64,000 nt of DNA. Source: Pavona decussata (taxonomy: Eukaryota). Shown piece by piece: positions 12,201-24,200 of this stretch. Made by a program: the position numbers and the translations under genes. The notes under the pieces were generated by a model. The model saw only the letters and a program-made list of their open reading frames with translations. It did not search any database and had not been told where the DNA came from. Numbering within the stretch: the first letter of the stretch is position 1; every line of letters begins with the position of its first letter. The stretch covers positions 2,294,001-2,358,000 of the forward strand of contig CDRNST010000067.1 in NCBI GenBank assembly GCA_977016875.1. Direction: 5' to 3'.

Positions 12201-15200
12201 TAAAACAGTCTACACATAAAACCAGTTGAAATATCCAACATTGTTTCCAGCATTAGAACGGCTCAAATGGTCTTGTTTTTTATGACAATATTTTTTGTCG
12301 TAAATTGTTTACACTTGCAATGTTTCATTCATTAAGCTTATATATAAATTAACACGAAAAATATTAAACTAGTACTGGACCGCAGTGCACATGTCTAAGA
12401 ACACTCCAGATTTCTCTTTTCTTGAGACAAAAAAAACTGTTTTTAAAATATTTGGCTAAAAGCATAACCTTTTCATTGAGAAATGTCCAAAATATGTGCC
12501 CGAACAGATCGAGATTAATTTGAAATGATAGTTACAATCTATCAGCCATTCACCAACAAGAGAAACAAACAAAAGCTCTTACGATGTTTAAAATTATAAA
12601 TGATATGCCCCACCCTATTTAAAAGACCTCTTTTCGAGTGATATCGGGACATCGGTGTATAATCTTACAACTTCAAGGTGGGATTTAGCCTTAACAGCAG
12701 TTAAAAAACATTACTACCGGAAAAAACCCTAAATTGCTGAATATTTTTGTTCATTCAGTCGGCGGCAAGTTTGTTGTATCGATCTTATTGTCTGTTTCGG
12801 TTTCGTTGGCTGGTTAATTCATTCCTTGTACATTCTGAAGATTTCCATTTGCCTACTTTCCCTAAACATTTAAAGTAAAAAATATGGCGCCCATATTTTG
12901 TAAAGTCTTGACTTCTTACATTCAACCTTGCAATGTTGAAACAGATAGCCTCGCATTGACAGCCTCGCGGTTCCATACCGAACACTTGTTAAAAGTAGAA
13001 ATTACCCGTTGTCGAATTCCTCGATACCTCCAGCAGAGAATTAATGGGTTTATTGTGGAATGAAGAAAAACGATGTACCCTGCAAAATAATTAACAGCTA
13101 AGACAATAATGTGAGAACCGTAAGTTTCTTTTACCATAAATGAGATGAGACTCGGTAACCAACAAAGAATAAATATTATGTGAACATAGAAAGCATTGTT
13201 GGTTGATTTTTTTACCCGAGCCATGTTCGGTGTCTGGTTGTTAGACTGAACTTGTAAATGACTTTGTATTTGATTTCTGTGACGCCGCGCAACTCTGTAA
13301 ATGTAGAAATACGCTACACTTGTCGCTAAAAGGCCAGAGATTTCAAGACAAACAGCCACCATGTCATTGTATCCAGGCAGTAAAATGAAAACTGTGGCTC
13401 CAATTGCGCTAGTTGTCCATAAAAATAATATAATGAGTACGACGTTTTTGAGCGTTATAAGTTGGGAATATCTTAAGTGCAGAGAAACAGCCAGCAGTCG
13501 GTCGACCGCAATAGCAGCCACCGACAAAAATGATGACACCGCAAACAAATAAAGCAGGAACCAAAACATCGTCATTGTTATAGGACATAGGAAATCAAAA
13601 CGATTGGGATGCTCAGCTTGTTCCGTCTTCAACATCACGAACGTTACGGCGATAAACATTTGTTGCACTAATAACCCAACAGCTAAATCAGAGACCGCGA
13701 GGTTTAGAAACAGTGCTTTCATACTTATTGTGATGGATGAGGATTTCCAAAGGGCAAATATGACGACAAGATTTCCGATGACCGTGACCAAGGAAGAGAC
13801 GATATTCAACCAACAAAGAGTTGTCATGAAAGCTTCTTTGTGTAGAACAAGTTCGACTGATTCCGCAAGCTTATGGTGGCAGAGCTGGGCGACCATTTTG
13901 AAGTCAGATCGACCCGGCATGTTAACTCTTGACTGGCCTATTATGAAAGCAAAAGAATAAGAGAAGATAACTACTATGAATGGGTACCAGATGAGTTGGT
14001 TTATGCAATTCCCGCTTTGTACGTAATATCTGTTTACTTATTTGAATTCAAAATTAAAGCTGTTTTTCAATTACAGTGAAAGCCAAGTGTCAAGACTATG
14101 TTACACTTCACGCTCTTGAAAAGAAATCAAGATAGTTTAACCATAAAGACTGGACGTTTTTCCACTTAGAGACAAACTCATGAAGTGAGAAAGACCTCTC
14201 TGGTTTATACCTTCGATATAGAAACACAGCTATTTAAAATGGGCATTTCAGTATCGATTTCAGATTGGCTTTTCTTTTGTGCAAAATTTAATTACCGATC
14301 AGGCCCTATTCGTTATCTTTTGTTGTTACTTCTCGTTGATAATAAAACTACGTGCTGAAAAACTAGGGATTGCAAACACCAGGCTTTTCTAAAACAAACT
14401 TTGTCAAGAACAAGATAGACACTTTGTAAACTGTCTCGCCTTTAATTTATTATTCGAATTTGCGTCGGTCTTTCCGTTCGAAAAAAAATTGTTTTTGATT
14501 AAATTACAGAGGCTGTATTAACATAACCAGTGCGGTAAAAACAAAACTATATAACACTTCAAGATGAAATTGAAATGAAAACGAGTAAAATCAACTCTGA
14601 GAAATACGGATTTCAGGATGGCCAAAGAAATTTGTAGAGTTTGATATTAGAAGGCTATTTCTAACGGACACTTTTAAAAGTTCAGCGATGACAGAATCTT
14701 CAGTGACAAATTTCAAATATTAAACTAAAAGCTTTTTTGGCCATATGTGAGATATGTGATAGAAATCGCATTTTTGGTCAAACTTTGAGTGGTATCTTAC
14801 GTCAAGCTTTGAAAATCATTGAGGGTCTGACACGTATAATCGCTCTGTTGTATGCGTCGGACCCACATACTAAACGAAGGTATAACGGAAAGCTTGTAAT
14901 CTTGTGACATTAGACTATCTCTGGGAGATCAGATCAATCCCATTAACAACTGTCCCTCATTGTTCATATCAACAGCCACAACTGTTGATCACACCAATCT
15001 ATGATCTACTTGCTCTACTCAGCGCCAAATTGTTCTGATAATTCACTGATTAAATTTCAGTCGATGGTAACTGGTCAACATGGGGAGCCTGGGAGAAGTG
15101 CAGTGCCACTTGCGGGGGAGGGACTCAAAAGCGTTCTCGCTCCTGTACCAATCCTTCAGCGGCCCACGGAGGAAAACCGTGTTCAGGGCCAAATGAACAG

Positions 15201-18200
15201 ATTCAAAACTGTAACACGCACGTGATGTGTCCAGGTATATCATACTCTAGTGATTCTTTGGCTGCCTAAACAGGCACTTTAGGTGTGGATGCCACAACTC
15301 AAATCTGTCGTCATGGAACAGGCTATCGTAATACATTACATAAGATCAAAACCCAAAACTGAAAAGTTTTTGCTTTTGTTGTTTAATTTTAATCAGTGTC
15401 CTTTATCCGCAACAAACCTAGGACGCCTTTAATGTTATTGGTTCTCTCGGCTCAGAGGCCCGTTTCTCGAAAGTCCCGGTAACTGAACGAGCTCGATAAG
15501 TGTCTTTGGTGATAAATGTTTCTTAACAGGAGTGAATTTTTCTTAGCTTTGAAAACTAAATTTTAGAATTTTACGATTGTACGAAAACATTGGCCAAGTA
15601 CCATGTCTGTAATCACTGTGTAATCGCTGAAAAAACGTTTAAAATATAGTTGTTGGGCCCGGTAAGTTACCAGGACCGTTTCAAGAAACGGGCCCCTAGC
15701 CCAATCAAAAGACTGAGAACTGTAACATCATGGGCCGCAGCGAGGGAGCTTAAAGCGACCGATATACGTATGGGGCCTTTCGTTCACCTTTCTTGCAAAA
15801 TGCTAAGCATTGTGGTTGCAGTAAGATCAAAATGACAAGGCATTGTGGTTAATTTTGTGGACACTACAATGCAACGAGCTGTTCTGCTCTGCTCTGCTCG
15901 AATGTTCGAATCGACGTATATTTTCTCCGTCTTAACTATACCCCCAATTTTACAGAATGTTTTTACTTCGTTTATATTTTCTAAACTAAATCGCTTTTAA
16001 TTTCAGAACGCAGTATATTAGCATTATGTAAGCTTAATGTCTTGAAAGTTGCGCTGTTGGCTTTGATTACACAGGTTGAATATTCCAATTATTTGCGATT
16101 TCGTCTCGAATTCCACATAGTGCCATGTCTGCCTTCAGATTTTTTTATTAGAGTGGTAGCTAACAAGTCGTACAAACTGTAAATTTAGAAGAAACTAGAG
16201 AAGTAGTCTTTAGTTGCCACGCAATTCTTGTGGCGTAACTCGAACAGTTTTGTTGATGAGTGGTTCGTTTTGTCGTTTCTGCCAGATTTCCAAATAAGTT
16301 GCTGACTCCGATGGGCGATGACCCAGGATACGTAAAAAGTGCCCGGATTCTAACATGATCATTTTTTAGGCTTAGGCACTCAGGCTACACTCTGATTTGA
16401 AGACTACCTTATCCGAAAAGCAAAGAATGCATAGAAGGCCTGTGTTTGTAGAAAAATGGCCTTTCATCGAATGGTTCAGTTTTCAGAACTTTGGCAGACC
16501 AAATAACGCTGGCTACCGTGCCGAAATCGCTGAGACAGCGTATTTCCAATCGTGCAATCTTCCATATCGTCTGTTATTGGAATTTTGTTTTTCATCAGGG
16601 CAAAACTGCATTTCAGCTGAACTTAGACTCTTCAATATTTGAATGACATTTCAAATGTCTTGCTGGATATTAATCGTTTTCAAATGACAAGCTTGACATG
16701 ACAACAGTTTTGACACGTGATATTTTTTCACCTTAATTATGTGACAAAAACATCCAACACCACTTGACAAAGATTCCGTGAGGGAATCGAACGGCTTATG
16801 CATCAGCATAAATTTTCGATTCCGAAAACGAAACCTGTTTTCTCAAGTGTATTAAGACTTGACCAGCCTAATTATTATGCACATTTTTATTTGAAGTGAG
16901 AAGCATTTTTCCAATCTCTGCGAAACCTGGCGAACAGTTTAATATCGGTATCCTTATTAATTTTCCAAAATTTGTTGTATCAGATTCTAGTCACGTGAAA
17001 ACGACTTATAACGGTTATGATTTTTACTGAAAAATGGGGTACAGAACGCGACATCATATTAAACTTGTTTGTGCTTTCAAAAGACTTCGTCCGCCCTTTC
17101 ATGACCCTTTCAAAAGACTTCGTCCGCCTTTTAATGATGTCTGAAGGTCAACAGTTAATTAAGGAAAATAGGTTACGTGAAATGACAAATAAGTACCACA
17201 TTTAAAGGCGAAATTACGTAGGCACAGTTGTAATAAACCTTTTTAATGTCAAACGTTTTCACCATTTCTTGACGTCATCAACCAAGAAATATCACGTAAC
17301 ACTTCGGTTTGATTAAGAAAGTCAGACAGTTTATTGAATAAATTTCCACCGATAGTGCAAATTCTTTTATCGACAGAGAATATAGTTTCCTTAAAATCTT
17401 TGCTAGGGGTCTTTTAAGGTAAATAACCTAGCCTCAAGTTACTTGAGTTTGTTGAACATTTTATTTCATTTCATATTTTTCATTATGCGAGTTTAAACTT
17501 GCCATTTAATACACTTTGAGTTGTTATACACGTTATTTGTCCTTACTGAGTTTTCTTTCTTCACATAGGCACAATGGGCCACTTTCAACCTTCCCTTCCT
17601 ATTTTCAACGCAGTTCTGGTCTTAACAGTTCTTAACTCACCTCCCTCCGCACGGCAACATTCACTGCCGTTCCGGTATACTAGTTACTATGTTAACGTTT
17701 TTCATTGATGTATAACAGATTATTAGAATCGGGAATGTGAAAAGTAAGGCACAAGTAGTTGCTGTAACTCTTTTGAATGTTTACCAATGAAATTAAACAA
17801 TCGATTGAGTTTCATTAGTCCAAGTCATTTAGTATCACCTCTATTAAACAAGCGCTGAACATTTTTCACAATTTAGTGGACGGGGGCTGGGCTACCCTCT
17901 AAGAACGAATCTGCCACTTCTTTTCCATGTGTTTCACAAGCAACCTGAGGGCTAGTTTTATCTCTATATTTTTTTGCCGCTTGATCTTCTTCCTCTTCCG
18001 CTCTTTCTTTCTCCTCTTCACCGTTTTCTTCTCATGAGCAGCAACGGTGTCTCGAGTCAAACGACTGATCGGATGCTGATGCAGCAATATAATGACCTGA
18101 CTTTTTTTATCCTGGTTTTCAAGTGTTTGAAGATGTTGAGTTAAAAAGTCAAGCTCATTACTTGCCCATATTTTGGGTATATGATTTGCATCATACAATG

Positions 18201-21200
18201 AATTCTTGCATTCCTGTAATATAAGAAATATTTGAAGCAGTATTCAAACAGTGGCTCTGTTGCACAAGAACGAAGTGTTGCGGAATACCACTACATCAAA
18301 AAAATCACAAGATTCATTGAGAATCACTAAAATATTGGCGAGTTGTATATGGAATACATAAAGGGAGGATGGAAAATTGAGAGTGGTAGATAATTTTGCT
18401 CCAAGGGCAAACATCAGAAAGCTAGTGACACAGACAAGTTAAAAGAACTGTCCAATGATTTGCGCGCGCGTGGAGGAAGAATATGTGGCTTTGTAGGTGA
18501 AACATATGGAGGAGCTCAAAACAGTAGCCAGTATTGGAGAAAATGAGAAAAGGAAGAAACGTCAAACCGAAAGCAGCAAGAAGAATGAAGAATGTGATTG
18601 GCCTCTTTTGATCCAGTCTGGAACACTGCAAACACTCAACGTAAACGATCCGGGTAAATATCTGGCAAAGCACAGCTTACCCACTGCTAGAAGAAAAGAT
18701 GATAAGGTGAAGAGAATCACAGCTGACTATTATATTCGTAACAACACCAATTCAGTCACTCTGCATACAAGAACTGATGAGACTGACCGTGATTCTGATC
18801 AAGACAGTGAATCAGGAAATGGATCTGATGATGATGAAGTTGTCCGAATTATTCCTGAAAGTGGACACGATTCAACAGATGAAGAACAGTTTTCTGACAC
18901 TGAGATTATTGAGATGGTTACTGGATCTCGCAGAAGAGCTGCCAGATTCTCTTCACGGTTTCAGGATTTTTATCTCTATTAATTTTTAGGATATTGATCT
19001 TGAAATTAAAAAAATTGCTTTTTAGTTGAATAGTTCAGTTCAAGGTACACACATAAAGTGATCATCTGGGAGTCAATTATTAAGGTAGCCGTCATGCTAG
19101 TCAAGGCAAATATTAAGCTGCAAAGGTTGGGAGGGGGGCTATGAAATTCCAGCCACCTTGGCCATGGAGGCCTTTCTAAAATTTAATGAAAAAATGGAGG
19201 GGAGCCATAAATAATTCCAGCTAAATGATTCTGTATCTTCATAGCCCCCCTTTCCATATCAAATGAACTTTCCCTTGGCAATGAAAATTTGGTTTTATCC
19301 GCCCCTTGTTTAGGTAGGCTACAATGCGTCTTTTGATTAAAAAAGTATACATATTATGTGATTCTACAGGGCTGATGTAAACCATTTGAAAATGAATAAA
19401 CTTGAATTAAAATGATAAAATTTTGTTCTACTTAAACAAAATTTCTATTTTTACTTTTGTATTAATTTACAAGTTGGCTTATGATAGCTTTGATCTGTAA
19501 AACTAAGCCAAACACCTGACCGCAAACTCTCGTTTCCTGTCCATCTTAAATTGCCAAATAACTCTGCAAGGGACTGAAAAAAGATAAACATACTTAAACA
19601 TTAAAATTCCTAAGACGGAAACAAAACTTTCCCATTAGGTAACAAAACAGATTTCGTGTTACAATCAATGCTTTCACCATCGTTTTTCCATTTCTTCTGT
19701 CCCGCTGTAGACCTATGTTATCGGTTTTACATGAAGTTTAGTTACTTAGTTATTGCTGGTATAGAAAAATGTTGGTAAAAAAATAAAAATAAAAAGGAAG
19801 TGATCGAAAATTGTGGAATTTGGATACCCAAACCTAGGTAATTTCAGCTGCCAAGTATCTAAACATGTAATCACACTTTTCTGCTGCAGTTTACCTTTAC
19901 GCTTACACTCTAATGAAAAAATAGCAATAATAATGAGTTTCTGAGACTTGGAAAAAATGAGTTCCTGAGACTCGGTTCTTTGAAACCCAGCAAAATTAAA
20001 GCTCGTATACGTTGACGTTCTTTTTTAAACTCCATCAGTTTTTCAATACAATCTTCTATCAGTAGAAGCTCTCTTAAAGTTAGCTAGCCCTGTATTTTGC
20101 TAAAACAGTCTGCTTTTAAGACCAGTTGAAATATCATTGTTGCCAGCGTTAGAACGGCTCAAATGGTCTTGTTTTTTATGACAATATTTTTTGTCGTAAA
20201 TTGTTTACACTTGCAATGTTTCATTTTTTAAGCTTATATATAAATTAACACGAAAAATATTAGACTAGTACTGGACCGCAGTGCACATGTCTAAGAACAC
20301 TCCAGATTTCTCTTTTCTTGAGACGAAAAAAAACTGTTTTTAAAATATTTGGCTAAAAGCATAACCTTTTCATTGAGAATTGTCCAAAATATGTGCCCGA
20401 ACAGATCGAGAATAATTTGATATGATAGTTACAATCTATCAGCCATCATGATTCACCAACAAGAGAAATAAACAAAAGCTCTTACGAAGTTTAAAATTAT
20501 AAATGAGATGCCCCACCCTATTTCAAAGACCTCTTTTCGAGTAATATCAGGACATCAGTGTATAATCTTACAACTTCATGGTGGAATTTAGCCTTAACAG
20601 CAGTTTAAAAAGATTACTACCAGAAAAAAATCCTAACTTGCTGAATATTTTTGTTCATTCAGTCGGCGGCAAGTTTGTTGTTTCGATCTTATTGTCTGTT
20701 TCGGTTTCGTTAGCTGGTTAATTCATTGCTTGTACATTCTGAAGATTTTAATTTGCCTACTTTCTCTAAACATTTGAAGTAAAAAAAATGGCGCCCATAC
20801 TTTGTTAAGTCTTGGCTTGTTCCATTCAACCTTGCAATGTTGAAACAGATAGCCTCGCATTGACAGCCTCGCGGTTCCATACCGAACACTTGTTAAAAGT
20901 ACAAATTACTCGTTGTCGAATTCCTCGATACCTCCAGCAGAGAATTAATGGGTTTATTGTGGAATGAAGAAAAACGATGTACCCTGCAAAATAGTTAACA
21001 CCTAAGACAATAATGTGAGAACCGTCAGTTTCTTTTACCATAAATGAGATGAGACTTGGTAACCAACAAAGAATAAATATTATGTGCACATAGAAAGCAT
21101 TGTTGGTTGATTTTTTAACTCGAGCCATGTTCGGTGTCTCGTTGTTAGACTGAACTTGTAAATGACATTGTATTTGATTTCTGTGACGCCGCGCAACTCT

Positions 21201-24200
21201 GTAAATGTAGAAATACGCTACACTTGTCGCTAAAAGGCCAGAGATTTCAAGACAAACGGCCACCATGTCATTGTATCCTGGCAGTAAAATGAAAACTGTG
21301 GCTCCAATTGCGCTAGTTGTCCATAAAAATAATATAATAAGTACGACGTTTTTGAGCGTTATAAGTTGGGAATATCTTAAGTGCAGAGAAACAGCCAGCA
21401 GTCGGTCGACCGCAATGGCAGCAACCGACAAAAATGATGACACCGCAAACAAATAAAGCAGGAACCAAGACATAGTCATTGTTATAGGACATAGGAAATC
21501 AAAACGACTAGGATCCTCAGCTTGTTCCGTCTTCAACATCACGAAGGTTACGGCGATAAACATTTGTTGCACTAATAACCCAACAGCTAAATCAGAGACA
21601 GCGAGGTTTAGAAACAGTGCTTTCATACTTATTGTGATGGATGAGGATTTCCAAAGGGCAAATATGACGACAAGATTTCCGATGACCGTGACCAAGGAAG
21701 AGACGATATTCAACCAACAAAGAGTCGTCATGAAAGCTTCTTGGTGTAGAACAAGTTCGACTGATTCCGCGAGCTTATAGTGGCAGAGCTGGGCCACCAT
21801 TTTGAAGTCAGATCGACCTGGGATGTTCACTCTTGACTGGCCTATTATGAAAGCAGGAGAATAAGAGACGATAACTACTCTGAATGGGTACCAGCTGACT
21901 TGGTGTATGCAATTCCTGCTTTGTACGTAATATCTGTTTACTTATTTGAATTCAAAATTAAAGCTGTTTTTCAATTACAGTGAAAGCTAAGTGTCAAGAC
22001 TATATTACACTTCATGGTCTTGAAAAGAAATCAAGATAGTTTAACCATAAAGTCTGGACGTTTTTCCACTTAAAGACAAACTGATGAAGTTAAAAAGACC
22101 TCTCTGATTTATACCTTCGATATAGAAACACAGCTATTTATTTCAAGCAATTTAAAATGGGCATTCATCGTTTTCAGATTGGCTTTTCTTTTGTGCAAAA
22201 TTTAATTACCGATCCAGCCCTATTCATTATCTTTTGTTGTTACTTCTCGTTGATAATAAAACTACGTGCTGAAAAACTATGGATTGCAAACACCAGGCTC
22301 TTATGAAACAAACTTTTTCAAGAACAAGATAGACACTTTGTAAACTGTCTCGCCTTTAATTTATTATTCTAATTTGCATCGGTCTTTCCGTTCGAAAAAA
22401 AATTGTTTTTGATTAAATTACAGAGGCTGTATTAATATAACCAGTGCGGTAAAAACAAAACTATACAGCACTTCAAGATGAAAACGTGTAAAATCAACGC
22501 TGAGTAGTACGGATTTCACGATAGCCAAAGAAATTTGTAGAGTTTGATATTAGAAGGCTATTTCTAACGACACTTTTAAAGTTTAGCGATTACAGAATCT
22601 TGAGTGACTTAAATTTCAAAATATTAAAACAAGAGGTAGTTTGGCCTTTTGTGATAGGAAACGTTAAGTCAAGCCTCGGAATCATCTCTCTGTTGTATGC
22701 GTCGGACCCACATACTAAACGAAGGTATAACGGAAAGCTTGTAATCTTGTGACATTAGACTATCTCTGGGAGATCAGATCAATCCCATTAACAACTGTCC
22801 CTCATTGTTCATATCAACAGCCACAACTGTTGATCACACCAATCTATTATCTACTTGCTCTACTCAGCGCCAATTTGTTCTGATAATTCACTGATTAAAT
22901 TTCAGTCGATGGTAACTGGTCAACATGGGGAGCCTGGGAGAAGTGCAGTGCCACTTGCGGGGGAGGGACTCAAAAGCGTTCTCGCTCCTGTACCAATCCT
23001 TCAGCGGCCCACGGAGGAAAACCGTGTTCAGGGCCAAATGAACAGATTCAAAACTGTAACATGCACGTGATGTGTCCAGGTATATTGTGCTCTAGTGATT
23101 CTTTGGCTGCCTAAACAGGCTCTTTTTGCGTGGATGCTACAATTAAAAATCTGTTGTCATGGAACAGGCTATCTTAATACATTACGGAAGATGGAAACCC
23201 AAAACTGAAAAGTTTCAAAAAAAAAATAATAAATGTTTTTGTTGTTAATTTTAATCAGCCTTTAATTAATGTTGTTGGTTCTCTCTTCTGCTCCATCAAA
23301 TGACTGGTCTGTAACGAGCATTGAGTGACATCATGTGCCGCAGCAGATATCCTTAAATTCGTGTTATACTGTGTTAACGTTTTTCATTGATGTATAACAG
23401 ATTATTAGAATTGGGAATGTGAAAAATAAGGCACAAGTAGTTGCTGTAACTCCGTTGAATGTTTGGCAATGAAATTAAACAATCGATTGAGCTTCATTAG
23501 TCCAAGTCATTTAGTATCACCTCCATTAAACAAGCGCTGAACATTTTTTCACAATCTAGTGGACGGTGGCTGGACTATGTGGGGAGACTGGGGCAAATGC
23601 AGTGTAACTTGTGGTGGAGGAACTCAAACACGTTATCGCTCCTGCACCAACCCACCCGCGGCCCATGGTGGCAGACCGTGCGCTGGTCTAAATCAGGTGA
23701 CTCAGGACTGTAACAAGGAAATCTTCTGTCCAGGTAAAAAGCTAAGGATTTCAAAATGTTGAACACGAAACATACGGGCATTTGAACACCACACCTCGTG
23801 TTCTTATTTAGATGAAATTATGAATCTATGTATCAACGTCATCGTCGTTCTTATCATAATGAACGTCTTAAGAAAAAAAAACCACAATTTTTGGTTTACA
23901 AGACATCATCATTATTATTATAATCACTGAGTGTGCATCGATCATCGTCCTTCGAACTTTCACTAACAACACCAAATTCCAAAATGAGGAAAGTAACCTG
24001 GATTCCAAAGCCTTTAGTTGTAAGCGACCTCTTGAGAATCGATAATTACCACTGCCAATAGCCCGACCTAAACCCATAAATATTTTTTCCAGTGTATGGA
24101 GGCTGGACGATGTGGGGACTTTGGGGCAAATGTAGTGTAACTTGTGATGGAGGAACTCAAATACGTAATCGATCTTGCACCAACCCGCCTGTGGCCCATG

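Larger units (their letters stand above)
1..23577. repeat. Tandem segmental array of 4 cassettes (about 7.9 kb, first junction shortened to about 4.2 kb by deletion), each = antisense GPCR + TSP1 exon + intron
   Basis: Near-identical blocks recur. GPCR stop ends at 865/5062/12922/20826 and TSP1 exon starts at 3046/7216/15061/22906. Positions 1-300 match about 11830-12160, so the array may extend left of the window. Confidence 0.95.
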
